A stretch of 64,000 nt of DNA from Octopus vulgaris. Taxonomy: Eukaryota. The notes beneath the pieces were generated by a model, which saw nothing but the letters and a program-made list of their open reading frames with translations, was not told where the DNA came from and ran no database searches. A program made the translations under genes and the position numbers. The stretch covers positions 124,868,001-124,932,000 of the forward strand of contig OX597817.1 in the NCBI GenBank assembly GCA_951406725.2. Direction: 5' to 3'. Positions 52,530-64,000 of this stretch are shown here, in pieces; position 1 is the stretch's first letter, and each line of letters begins with the position of its first letter.

Positions 52530-55500
52530 CATCATCATTTAACGTCCGCTTTCCATGCTAGCATGGGTTGGACGATTTTGATTGAGGGCTTGTAAGCCAG
52601 ATGGCTGCACCAGGCTCCAATCTTGATCTGGCAGAGTTTCTACAGCTGGATGCCTTTCCTAACGCCAACCACTCCGAGAGTGTAGTGGGTGCTTTTTATG
52701 TGCCACCGGCACAGGGGCCACTCAGGCGATACTGGCAATGACCTTGCTCGAATCTTTTTACACGTGCCAGTGAAGCGACGTTGGTAACGATCACGCTTGA
52801 ATGGTGCCCTTTTACATGCCACAGGTACGGAAGCCAGTTGGCTGCTCTGGCAACGATCATGCTCGGATGGTGCTCTTGGCACCCTACTAGCACAGGCATA
52901 AGTGCCAGTAAGGCGACACTGGTAACAATCATACTCGAATAGCTGCTCTGTCAACGATCACACTCGTATGGTGCTCTTTGCACCCCGCTAGCACAGATGC
53001 CAGTCATCGAATTGATTTTGATTTCACTTGCCTCAACAGGTCTTCGCAAGCAGAGTTTAGTGACCACAGAAGGTAAAGGTATGCATAAGCGGGCTGGTTA
53101 CACTCCTGGCATAGGCCACAGGTTATGGTCTCATTTGGCTTTTCGGGTCTTCTCGAGCACTGCATACCTCCAAAAGTCTCAGTCGCTAGTCATTTCCTTG
53201 GTGAGGCCTAATGTTCAAAGGTCGTGCTTCACCACTTCATCCCAGGTCCTCCTGGGTCTACCTCTTTCACAGGTTCGCTCAACTACTAGAGTGTGGCACT
53301 TTTTCACGCAGCTATCCTCATCCATTCTTGCCACATGACCATACCAGTGCAGTCATCTCTCTGGCACACCACATCTAATGCTTCTTAGATCCAACTCTTC
53401 TCTCAAGGTACTCTGTTGAGTATGCACACTGACATTACACATCCATTGGATCATACTGGCTTCATTCCTTGCGAGCTTACGCATGTCCTCAGCAGTCACA
53501 GCCCATGTTTCACTGCCGTGTAGCATGTCTGTTCATACACATGCATCATACAGTCTGCCTTTTACTCTGAGCGAGAGGCCCTTTGTCACCAGCAGAGGTA
53601 AGAGCTCTCTGAACTTTGCCCAATCTATTCTTATTCTAGCATCTACACCTTCATCGCACCCTCCTTCACTACTGACTTGGTCACCTAGATAATGGAAGCC
53701 ATCAACTACTTCTAGTTTTTTTCCCTGGAATGTGGCGGAAGTTGGTCTCTGCACATTTTCAGTGTTTATCGCTCCCGAACATCTGCCACATACAAAAACT
53801 ATCTTCCCAGTTAGCCTTCCTTTGATATTACTGCACCTCTTATGTGTCCATAGCTTACACTGGGTACATGTTATAGAGTTTCTACCTACGCCTCTACTAC
53901 AGATCGAGCAGGGCCATCTACCTAAAGGCGTTTGTGGTTTGTCTACCTTCCTACTTATTAGGACTTTGGTTTTAGCTAGGTTGACTCTAAGGCCCTTCGA
54001 TTCTAATCCTTTCTTCCACATCTGAATCTTCTCCTCCAGTTCTGATAGTGACTCAGCGATTAGAGCAAGGTCGTCAGCATAGAGGAGCTCCCAGGGGCAT
54101 CCTGTCTTGAATTCCTCCATTATTGCCTGGAGGACTATGATAAATAGGAGGGGGCTGAGGACTGAACCCTGGTGGACCCCAACCTCTAACTTGAATTCTT
54201 CAGTGTACTCGTTGCCAACCCTTACCTTACTTACAGCGTCCCTGTACATGGCTTGCACAACTCTCACTAACCATTCATCTATCCCTAGTTTCCTCATCGA
54301 CCACCAGATAAGGGAATGGGGGACCCTGTCAAAGGCTTTCTCCATGTCAACGAAAGCTAGGTACAGGGGCTTATCTTTGGCTAGGTATTTCTCCTGCAGC
54401 TGTCTTACCAGAAATATGGCATCAGTGGTGCTTTTCCCTGGCACAAAACCAAACTGCATCTCATCCAAGTTGACTCTCTCCCTAATCAGTTGGGCTATGA
54501 CCCTCTCCGTAACCTTCATTACCTGATCGAACAGCTTGATCCCTCTGTAATTATTTCTATCTAGGGAGTCACCTTTACCTTTGTAGCAGTTGACTATTAT
54601 GCTGCTACACCAGTCATTGGGTATGACTCCTTCGTGTATCACCTGGTTAACTATACGGGTGACTAGGCTATAGTCGACACTACCAGATATCTTGAGCATC
54701 TCTGCAGTAATTCTTGATGGGCCTGGGGCTTTCCCTGTCTTCATGCTATTAATTGCCTTAACTACCAAGGAACTATCAACTCGGATAGCTGGTCCCTCTG
54801 TTGGGTCGATATTCAGCAGACTCTCCTTATCCCGTTCATTTTCTTTATTCAATAACCTTTCATTTGTGGCGTCTCCAAACTTCTCTTTCTGCATCCTCAT
54901 TTAGCGCAAGTGAACCATCATCCATGCGAACACATTTCTCTCCTACCACATCATGATTCTCTCTCACACACTGTCTTGTAACACAAAATATCTCAAGTCT
55001 TTGGTCCTCACGGCACAGAACATTGGCAAATTTTTTCTTATCTGCTTCCCCTCTGGCTAAATAAACCTGCATCCTAGCTTCCCTTCTGGCAGTCTGATAC
55101 ACTTCCCTGCTACCACCGTTCTTCCAGTCCTTCCAAGCCTGTTTCTTTTGTCTAATAACCTTGTCAACAACATTGTTCCACCATCACATTATTTGGGGTT
55201 GAGAGGGGGCTTTGCACCATCCATAGAGCTGGTCGGTGGCCCTTAACAGGTTGTCCCATAGGAACCTCCAGTTGTCTTCTATACCATGTGAAGCTATATC
55301 CCCTTCTATTTCGTCAAAGGCTCCGAGTAATATGTCTGTAAATCTCTGTCCGTTAGCAGGATCTTTAAGTCTCCAGACCCGTCTTCTCCTTGCAGGTCGT
55401 CTTCTGGGCATCCATTTAGCCCTGATCCTGAAGTCACTAACTACTAGTCTATGTTGTGGGGTACATTTTTCGCCAGGGAAGGTTTTGGCATTTATAAGCA

Positions 55501-55850
55501 GCCATCTTTCCCTTTCTCTGGTGAGAATGTAGTCAATCTGACTAGTGTGTCTGCCAGATCGGTAGGTGACTAGGTGGCTGGCAGGTTTTCTGAAGTTAGT
55601 ATTGCAAACTATAAGATCATTTGTGTCAGAACTCCAGCAGCCTGGTTCCCTCCTCATTGCGAGAGCCAAAACCGTAGCCTCCATGTATGCCATGGAAGCC
55701 CCCGACATGTTGTCCAACATGTCCATTGAAGTCACCAGCCACAAAGAGAAGGTCCCTGTCATTCGTCAATGCAGTAGTCTGCATGAGGGTGTCATAGAAT
55801 CATCGGTCTTTCTGTCCATCAGGTAGCCCTGGCTGGGGGGGCATAGGCCG
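52530..55850 (-). mobile_element. RTE-clade LINE, ~3.3 kb, 5'-truncated within the AP-endonuclease
   Basis: APE remnants (CNTNFRK...TYRSG...SQIDYIL...PQHRLVV), RT, 3' UTR and a short (TGA)n tail. Several frameshifts and stops. Confidence 0.95.
53533..54900 (-). pseudogene. RTE reverse transcriptase ORF (455 aa) with adjacent C4HC3 finger
   Basis: KAPGPS, NYRGIKL, QFGFVPGKSTTDAIF, FVDMEKAFDRV, GVHQGSVLSPLLF, LLYADD. The reading frame resumes after a premature TGA (LHGSETW). Confidence 0.93.
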
Positions 55851-55926
55851 AGATAATATATAGATATATATATGTGTGTATATATATGTGTGTGTGTATA
55901 TATATATATGTATATATGTATATATA

Positions 55927-55973
<47 letters not shown>

Positions 55974-55974
55974 A

Positions 55975-56305
55975 CAGGGTGCAGTGACTATATTTTCATC
56001 TAAATTATGCAAAAGTGAAAACAACACTGACATCTCATTTTATCAGATATATATACCAAAATTACATAAAAATATCTTGAAATACTAAGGAGTGAATATA
56101 TTCAATAAAATCGCCATTAGCTTCAACCATGGCCTCCAGATGACTGCGGAATCTCCTGCAACTCTTCTGGGTGGTTTCCTTGCTTAACTTGATGAATGCT
56201 GCTATAATCCTTGCCTTCAGTTCATCTTTGGTGCTAGAAGGAGTTTTGCTGGTCTCTCACTCAACTGTGTCCTACACATAATAATCAAGAGAGTTGCAGT
56301 AGGAG
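55975..56305 (-). mobile_element. maT/Tc1-like transposon 3' end
   Basis: Minus translation CNSLDYYV*...TKDELKARII...CRRFRSHLEAMVEANGDFIE*. Terminus TA-cagggt at 55973. Confidence 0.8.
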
Positions 56306-57680
56306 AGTGAATCTAAAACCATGTGATTGGGAGGCAGACCACAGTTTTCTGCCCATTGTTAAGTGTTACAAAGAGTTCAGCTTTTGTCACTTCTTTCCCA
56401 GGTTGATTATGTAGAAGAGAAACAGAGAAAAACCTAGAAGATAACTTTTAAAATTACTTTAGCATGATTATTTATTACTTCAAGCTGCTACTTTATACCT
56501 AAACAATTTGCAGGTAGATGACTATCCAACTTGGAAAATTAATTGTGCAATTGTTTCAATAAAATGCAAAGTATTAAAATAATGATATAAAAAAAAACAA
56601 AAAAAATTACAAAAATAGTATATACTTGCAACCAGAGAAATGATTATGAAACTATAGAAAGGGAATAATTAATAAAATGAAATGAAATTTTAAAAATAAG
56701 GTATGACAAAAATAAATAGTTAAAATTATTGCTTGAGACAGGTGCTAAATTCCATTTTGATCTCATGCCATGTGAATTCTCATTTTAAATCAATAGTTAT
56801 TCACGTCCTGATATCTCTTTAAGAAACAAAGTTAGTAATGAATTTTCAGAAAAAAATGTGATTTGATAGATAGTGTTTTAATATTATGATAAACAGTTAG
56901 CCCTTAAAATCATTAAAAGAAGAAACATTATAAATGATTATTAATCAAATGACGAGAGATTAATGACTAACATACTTCACAATTTTAATATGTCCACCCA
57001 GCTAACATCATCTTTAATGATTAAATACATTTAGAAATCCTAATCTATTTGCGTATGTCCATTGATGCTGTATGAAGTGTTTGTGCATTAGAAACAATTT
57101 TGCATTCAGTGAGCTTTTAAATGTACATCACCATATAATAACAGGCAAATTCAACTTTCAGGCAAAAGAACATTTACTGAAAGCCAATATTATGGTTTTG
57201 TTTTATTTCCAGTTTTCGTTTTGTAAAGATATATTAAATGTTTACATTTTTATTTATTTTCTAAAGATATCTCTATTAACTACCATGTTTAAATTTGAAA
57301 TTAATTTTCACCATTGGATTCCAGTTAGCATTAATCTGAGTTTGCTATTTAGGAATACAGCCCTAATATGCTATGAATTGTGGCTTTACATGTAGCTGAA
57401 ATTCTTGAATCTCAATTACTCTTTCCATATGTGCAAACTCATTTGCTAAAATAGATTTGTAATAATGTGGATTTTTTTTTTTTTGATTTTTCTAATCTAA
57501 AGTATTCACATAAATTATGAACTTGTTTTTGCATATATTTGATTAAGAAATTTATTCAAAATTGATTAAGTTGATAAAGTTTAATATCAACAAAATTGTA
57601 TATCTGTTTGTTCTTTAACCCATAATGTGTGTGTGTGCGTGTGTGCATTTGTTTATGTATATACACACACACGTGTGCAT

Positions 57681-57727
<47 letters not shown>

Positions 57728-57827
57728 TATATATATTTATATGTATCATCCTCATCATCCTCATCATCATCATCATTGTTTAACGTCTGCTTTCCATGCC
57801 ATGTATTTATATGTGTGTGTGTGTATG

Positions 57828-57865
<38 letters not shown>

Positions 57866-58255
57866 TATTATACATGTAAACATGTGCATGTGCCATAGTG
57901 GTTAGGGTATCTATCTCAGGATCATAAGGTCATGAGCTTGATTCTCAGCAGCACATTCTGTTTTTTGCTAGCCCTTTGATAATATTTTCACATTTGATTC
58001 CCAACTAAAATCACTTGCTATGCAAGTACATCTCCGTAATAATTTTTATATTTTACGTCTAATTATTTCTTTGTATAATAGTGCTCACTTGCTTAGTAAT
58101 TACGGCTTTCATTATTTTATCACAGTCATACTCTTTTTATTTAAACAAACATCAGAGTAGTCCAACAATAGAGGGAGAAGCAGTTTGTCAAGTTTTACTT
58201 TCCCCTCAAAGCAACATAGAGATTCAAATTCAGCAGCCCATCTGTAAGCTTTGCA

Positions 58256-58308
<53 letters not shown>

Positions 58309-59599
58309 GAGAAAGAGCATTGCAAACAATGAATGCAATAAACATGAAATGAAAAAATCGTATAAATAAAAAGGTATTACTACAGATGTATACACTCCTG
58401 ATTTGTTGCCTCAAGACATCCAGAAAAATGAATACTTTTTAACAAAATTTTCTACAAATACTGCTTAGGTATTGTGGCTTCAGAGTATATAGGGATTTAT
58501 GAGAAGGAATTTTTCTGAGGGAGTGGAGAGAAGAGTTTTGGAAAATTCACACAATCTGACTATTTTCCCTCGTAACTTTCAGGAAGATGTGTATCTTTTT
58601 ATGAAAATTTATGCAAATCCCTATCAAATGGCATAGATTACAATTATAAAGATATTTGTGGGGAAAATTTTTCAGGGATTTTCCTCAATTTTTTTAAAAC
58701 CACAGCTTTCGAAATGATGTGGGGAGGGCATCTTTGTATGAAAAATGTTTAGTAAACTCCTTTTTTTACACCTCCTTCCTCATCATCCCACTCTGGATCT
58801 ATTTTGGCTATTTTTTTTTCTGCCCTTCAAAACCATGGGAAAGCATTTTCAGTAAAATCTTTTTTTAAATTGCTAATATTTTCAGAGGGAAAAGTGAGTG
58901 ACTTAATAGCAAGTTGGCTGTTGTTTCTAGCATATCCAAAGACAGCCCTCCTCGTTTCTTTATCACTCTCACATGTATTGATGTTTTTCAATATCTTTTC
59001 CCCATAAATACATTTATATTCTATAAAAAGGAAAATTTGAGAAATTATGAATCTTTTGCAACTCAACTCCCTGGTCCTGATTGTTTCTGTTTAGAAATTA
59101 AAATATTGGAGGGCCTGAGGTCATTACTGGCATTTATCCACAGTGATTTAAAAAGATTATGGAGATGTACTTGCATAGCAAGTGATTTGATTTGAGATTG
59201 TGTGCTGAAACAAAAGCAATTGCAGGATTAATTTTTGTAAGCCATTCAAGAACACACAGAAACCATTAGTTTCATGACACTACTTAAATACAGAGATCCT
59301 GATGCATCTATGTAACGATATGAAGGACAGGGTTAGTTTTAGGGTTAATTCTTAGGGTTAAGGTCAGGGCTGGTTTTAGAATTTGCTAGGGTTAAGGTGT
59401 CATTACACATCCTCACAGTGTACATTTAAAATGCTTTGTACATAACACTTCTATTTAAGAAGTACTTCTGTATTTAAGTAGTAGCAGTTTCACTTCCTGA
59501 TTAAAATTTCGCTTGTGCCAAAATATTTTCTTTGCTTTGAAACCATGACCTGTTCTCAGACAAATGCAGCATGAAGTTTTGTCAGTGAACAGCAAGCAC

Positions 59600-60320
59600 A
59601 CACTGCGACTGTGGAACACCCACAAGGAGTCAATGATTGAAGACTACATGCTACAAGGAATGGATAGTCAGCCAGCTGAAAATATGGCAGTTATATTAAC
59701 ACAATATTGATTGAATATGGTACCAAATATACAAGACTGAACCTACTTCAACCTATAGAGATGCTTGAATTAGAACCTCAAGCTGAAATCAACCACTTTT
59801 ATATTGATTCACTTACTGGAGAGTAATGAGTGTTGTTAATATTTTAATTGATGCCATTCAACAGAAGAGACAAAGTGACATGCTTGCACATATCTGCTTC
59901 TACACAGATGCACCTGGAAGGTGAGTCAAAACATACCTGTTCAATACACTGATTTCACACCTCCAGATGAATAACTATTGCGTGTATTGCGGTGCTTTGA
60001 TTGGTAGAACTGTGCACTAACAGAGACCAGTATGTAATGTGTCTAGCTCATCTATGTCCATTACTTATGGAATCTGGATCTCATGGAACTAGATGAGGCT
60101 TCTATGATTCCTTCTTATGCAATTCATGCCATTGACAAGTGTCTTCAAGATATCACTGGTATCGAGGAAGTGTTAGGAGGAAAGGTTTTGCTTTTGGAAG
60201 TTGACTTCAGTTAATATTACCAAAGAGTACCTGTGAGGCCACATTAAAAAATATGCCTAAAAAACTCCCATCTGTGGTACTTCTTTGAAGCTAATCATGT
60301 AAATAAAAACATTATGTATA
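59600..60320 (+). mobile_element. Helitron PIF1-like helicase remnant
   Basis: DAPGR*VKTYLFNTLI (Walker A) and DEASMIPSYAIHAIDKCLQDITG...GGKVLLLEVDF (Walker B and the GDFRQ motif region). Confidence 0.8.
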
Positions 60321-60637
60321 CTCTCTGTATCCTTTTATGTACATTAATTGTATATAATATAAAGTAATTACTATAAAATATTGCACAATAAGGATTATGC
60401 AATTGTATACTGATCTTGCAAACTTAATATATATAAATACTAACAAATGATATGTGTATTAAGTGTTGTATAGATTGTTATTGTATATGTTTTTATGTTA
60501 GTTATTGCACAGGCAGCAATAAGATTTATATATAAAAAAATGTAAATCATCCTTTTATTCTTAAATAACTCCTCTTAATTTTTTCCATTCCAGGGAATTT
60601 CAACAGATCCCACAAGCAAATTTAAATATATATGTAA

Positions 60638-60669
<32 letters not shown>

Positions 60670-60672
<3 letters not shown>

Positions 60673-60900
60673 TTTTATCGTTTACTTGTTCCAATCATTT
60701 GACTGTGGCCATGCTAGAAGGCTGCCTTGAAGGGTTTTAGTAAAACAAATTGACCCCAGGACATTTTTTTTAAAGCCTAATACTTATCTTACTGGTCTCT
60801 TTTGCCAAACTGATAGCTTTTGGGGACGTAAACACACCCAAACCAGTTGTCAAGTGGTGGTGGGGAATAGACACCACTGACACAAAGACATACACAAACA
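60670..60900 (-). mobile_element. SINE family A 3' half
   Basis: catttgactgtggccatgct...gacgtaaacacac...gttgtcaag as in 10440-10620. Confidence 0.75.
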
Positions 60901-61413
60901 CACACATGCACACATATATACATATATATATATATAAATAAATTCACTGAACAACTACCCAGATGCCTACATGCAGCCAAACACACAATCCCATATCACG
61001 ATCCTCACCATATATAACTAAAGTAAACATAACACCCACAATTCTGATTAAGCCACCTGAACTTAAGGAGTAGTATTCAAATAAATTGTATTTAGACATC
61101 TAATTTTACAATCTCGATCTATATTTATATATATATATTGATATATGTATATACGTATATATTAACATGTGTGTGAGTTTATGTATGTGTGCGTATGTGT
61201 ATATGCATATATGTATGTGTATTTATATAAGTATATATATACATATATATATATATATATGTATGTATGTATGTATGTATCTATATATGTATGTATTTAT
61301 GTATGAGTGTATTAGTATAGACATGTACTTTATATAAAAGTACTTTCTATAATATTTCCAAAGTTCAGATTCTAGTGTAGGTGAATAAAATATAAATGAA
61401 TAACAAAGATTTA

Positions 61414-61574
61414 CAGGTGTCAATTCATTACAGCTATTTCAAGTGACTCCTTTAATTGATTAATGTAAACATTACCTCTTTGTAAAGAAACCGTTTTCAT
61501 CAGATGATTGATGTAATGTTTTCCTTAATCAGTTAAAGGAGTCACTTAAAATGGCTGTAATGAATTGACACCTG
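61414..61574. mobile_element. 161-bp fold-back MITE with ~60-bp TIRs and TA TSD (Tc1/mariner-type)
   Basis: TA-caggtgtcaattcattacagc...gtgactcctttaa / ttaaaggagtcac...gctgtaatgaattgacacctg-TA. Confidence 0.88.
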
Positions 61575-62093
61575 TACATCTTTATTACTCATTTATATAT
61601 ATATGTGTATGTATGTATGTGTATATGCATGTATACATATATATATATGTGTGTGTGTGTGTGTATGTATATATATATATATATATATATACACATTCAT
61701 ACATATGCATACATTTACTTATACATATACACTTATGTACGTAATTATGAATAAGAAACTGAGAGGATAAAGAAATAACAATTATATTATGAACTTCACT
61801 AGCTGCCACCTGTTTCTTAAATGAGAGGCTATGCACTCATAGTTAAAGCTATAGGGTGATATTCGGACATTCAACTACGAGTGCATCAAATCCTTTATCA
61901 GAAACAGCTGTAAGGCTAATCAAGTCCATAGCATAATTGTTTATTCTTTTGTCATCCTAATTTCTTATTACTGCTCTGTACTAAACTGATGCTTCATTCT
62001 GAAGTATATTGAGTTCTAATACCTTGTTATTTGTATTGCCATGCCTAAGCAAAATATTGAAATATAATACACACACACATGTACATACATACA

Positions 62094-62151
<58 letters not shown>

Positions 62152-62713
62152 AATGTATATATGCATATATGTACATATGTTAGTGTACATGTTTGTTTGC
62201 TTTGAGATAAAGGTAATTCCTCTTTTCCAGAATTCAAGCCTGTGACACAGCTTCTTTGTTTGATACAAAACAATTCCAGGAACATGTCAAAGTATTGGTG
62301 TCAGTTAACGTGCTCGTATATGTTGGTGAATATTGAATATACTTCAGCAATATAACAGGTGTATGTGTCACTTCGTTGCGCTTGTGTAGCTTATTGCTGT
62401 TTATGTATGTTTGATCACTGTTCATATATGTGTCATAAGCACGTATGGCTAATTTGTATATGTTCCTTCAACGAGTTTCAAATTGTGTACTTTGAAATGT
62501 TTAACAAATCTTCACTGTAACACTAATCGATTGAATTTGGAAGATGCAAGTCAGTTTGCTTTATTCCTTTCAGGAAAACCTACTGTTTTCAGAATTTCCT
62601 TTAAATCTTTTGTTAAAACAGCCCATTACACATATAATAAATAGCTACAAATAAAAATCTACAGCATGGATACAAAAGTTGTATATTCCTCTCTAATTCC
62701 TTGTAGATATTCT

Positions 62714-62946
62714 TATTTCTTTATTGCCCATAGGGAGCTAAACATAGAGGGGACAAACAAGGACAGACAAAAAGATTAAGTCGATTACATCGACCCCAGT
62801 GCGTTACTGGTACTTAATTTATCGACCCATAAAGAATGAAAGACAAAGTTGACCTAAGCAGAATTTGAACTCAGAACGTAAAGACAGACGAAATAGCATT
62901 AAGCATTTCGCCCAGCATGCTAACATTTCTGCCAGCTCACCACCTT
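62714..62946 (-). mobile_element. SINE family B copy with TSD
   Basis: Full head to tail; ttgtagatattct is repeated at 62701-62713 and 62954-62966. Confidence 0.85.
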
Positions 62947-62999
62947 AATATCTTTGTAGATATTCTATTATTCCACAACTTTAGCAAGGGTATTCACAA

Positions 63000-63760
63000 T
63001 TGTTGGGCGGGTGATCCTGCCAACAGAACATGACTTTTGTTTCCGGTACTATAGAAAAATATCAGGTCTATTTCAGTTGTACCAGATTACTGTTCTTATG
63101 GAAATATTCTAATATTCTTCATTTTTCTGGAGTGGATACATATTGGTTCAGTCAACCCTTTGGTGTGAATAGCATTTTAATTAATTTATAAACACTAAGT
63201 TTGTTCCCTTACTCATTGCTGACACTCACCTCTCAACTTGATAACTGCATCTCTGGACAAAACGTATGTGGCTCTCATAAGCCATTCACCTACGCTTAGA
63301 TACCACCAGATCACAAAGGAAGGAACCAAGTCAAAGTCCTTCTTTAGTTCAACAAATGAGAGAAACAGTGCTTTTACTTCTAGTTAAGTACTTCTGCAGT
63401 TGTCCTACTGGGAAGATTGCATCTGTAATAATTTTTTCCTTGTAAAAAACAAAATTGCATCTCAGCCTAATCAGTTAAGCTGTAACCATTTCTGCAAATT
63501 TCGTAACCTGGTCTAATAGTAATTTCCTCTCTCTAGTGTATTGTTTGCCCTTCTAACAGTGGATGCTGCTGTCAATAATTATCACATTTGTCTGTACTAT
63601 CTGATTGACTTTGCAAGTGGCTATCATGTACCCAACTCTGCAGTATAAGCATCTCAGCAGTAATTCTTGATGGACTGGGTGCCTTCTTTACCTTTATATC
63701 TAAATTGCTCTATCTCCTCAATCATAATGCTGCCAAATTGAATACCATCTTTCCTATCAC
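63000..63760 (-). mobile_element. Old RTE RT fragment
   Basis: Minus strand KAPSPSRITAEML and further decayed motifs collinear with the RT at 53533-54900. Confidence 0.75.
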
Positions 63761-64000
63761 TGCATATAGTTTAACCAAAGGCCATAGTGCAAGTGATATG
63801 CCCAGTGAATAAACAGAAAGACAAATACACATTTATATTGTTCATGATTATATACTTGTGTTTGGGTATGTATTTATATATTTCTGTGTATGTGAGGTTA
63901 AGTGTGCATACGTATATATTACATATATGTGTTATGCATACCTGTTTATTTTGCTTAAGTACAAAACGCACTGCTTGTAGTAAGCATTCATCTCATGAGA

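Noticed and set aside
52730-52995. Repeat-spacer appearance resembling a CRISPR array
   Set aside because: The units are degenerate, the spacers are related to each other, it lies in a LINE 3' UTR, and there are no cas genes in this eukaryotic DNA.
62230-62600. Relatively CpG-rich unique segment after a strong plus-strand acceptor
   Set aside because: No convincing donor or recognisable peptide; cannot be supported without expression or conservation data.

Overview
AT-rich, microsatellite-dense eukaryotic DNA with no prokaryotic features. The repeat families resemble those of coleoid cephalopods (Octopus-like); this is inferred from recognition of SINE/LINE types, not from a search. The window is mostly decayed transposons: tRNA-head SINEs, an RTE LINE with a 455-aa RT ORF, BovB-like and Tx1/L1-like fragments, at least six RLE-type (R4/Dong-like) LINE fragments, five ending in TAA/TAC arrays, mariner/maT remnants and MITEs, piggyBac-type MITEs, a Helentron-type element and a Helitron helicase remnant. 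No intact host gene is recognisable; three minus-strand exon candidates are offered at low confidence. The most notable signal is five dispersed type I hammerhead-ribozyme motifs (plus one folded-back half), most with a palindromic helix III and several in Penelope-like remnants next to (TA)n tracts. Some have very long helix II extensions, and two have core substitutions. Other highlights are a 560-bp non-coding element found only in TAA-type arrays, a twin-priming-like inversion in a BovB-like LINE, a PHD-type finger beside an RT domain, and a perfect 180-bp tandem duplication. Most short ORFs in the track are microsatellite artefacts. Boundaries of old repeats are approximate.
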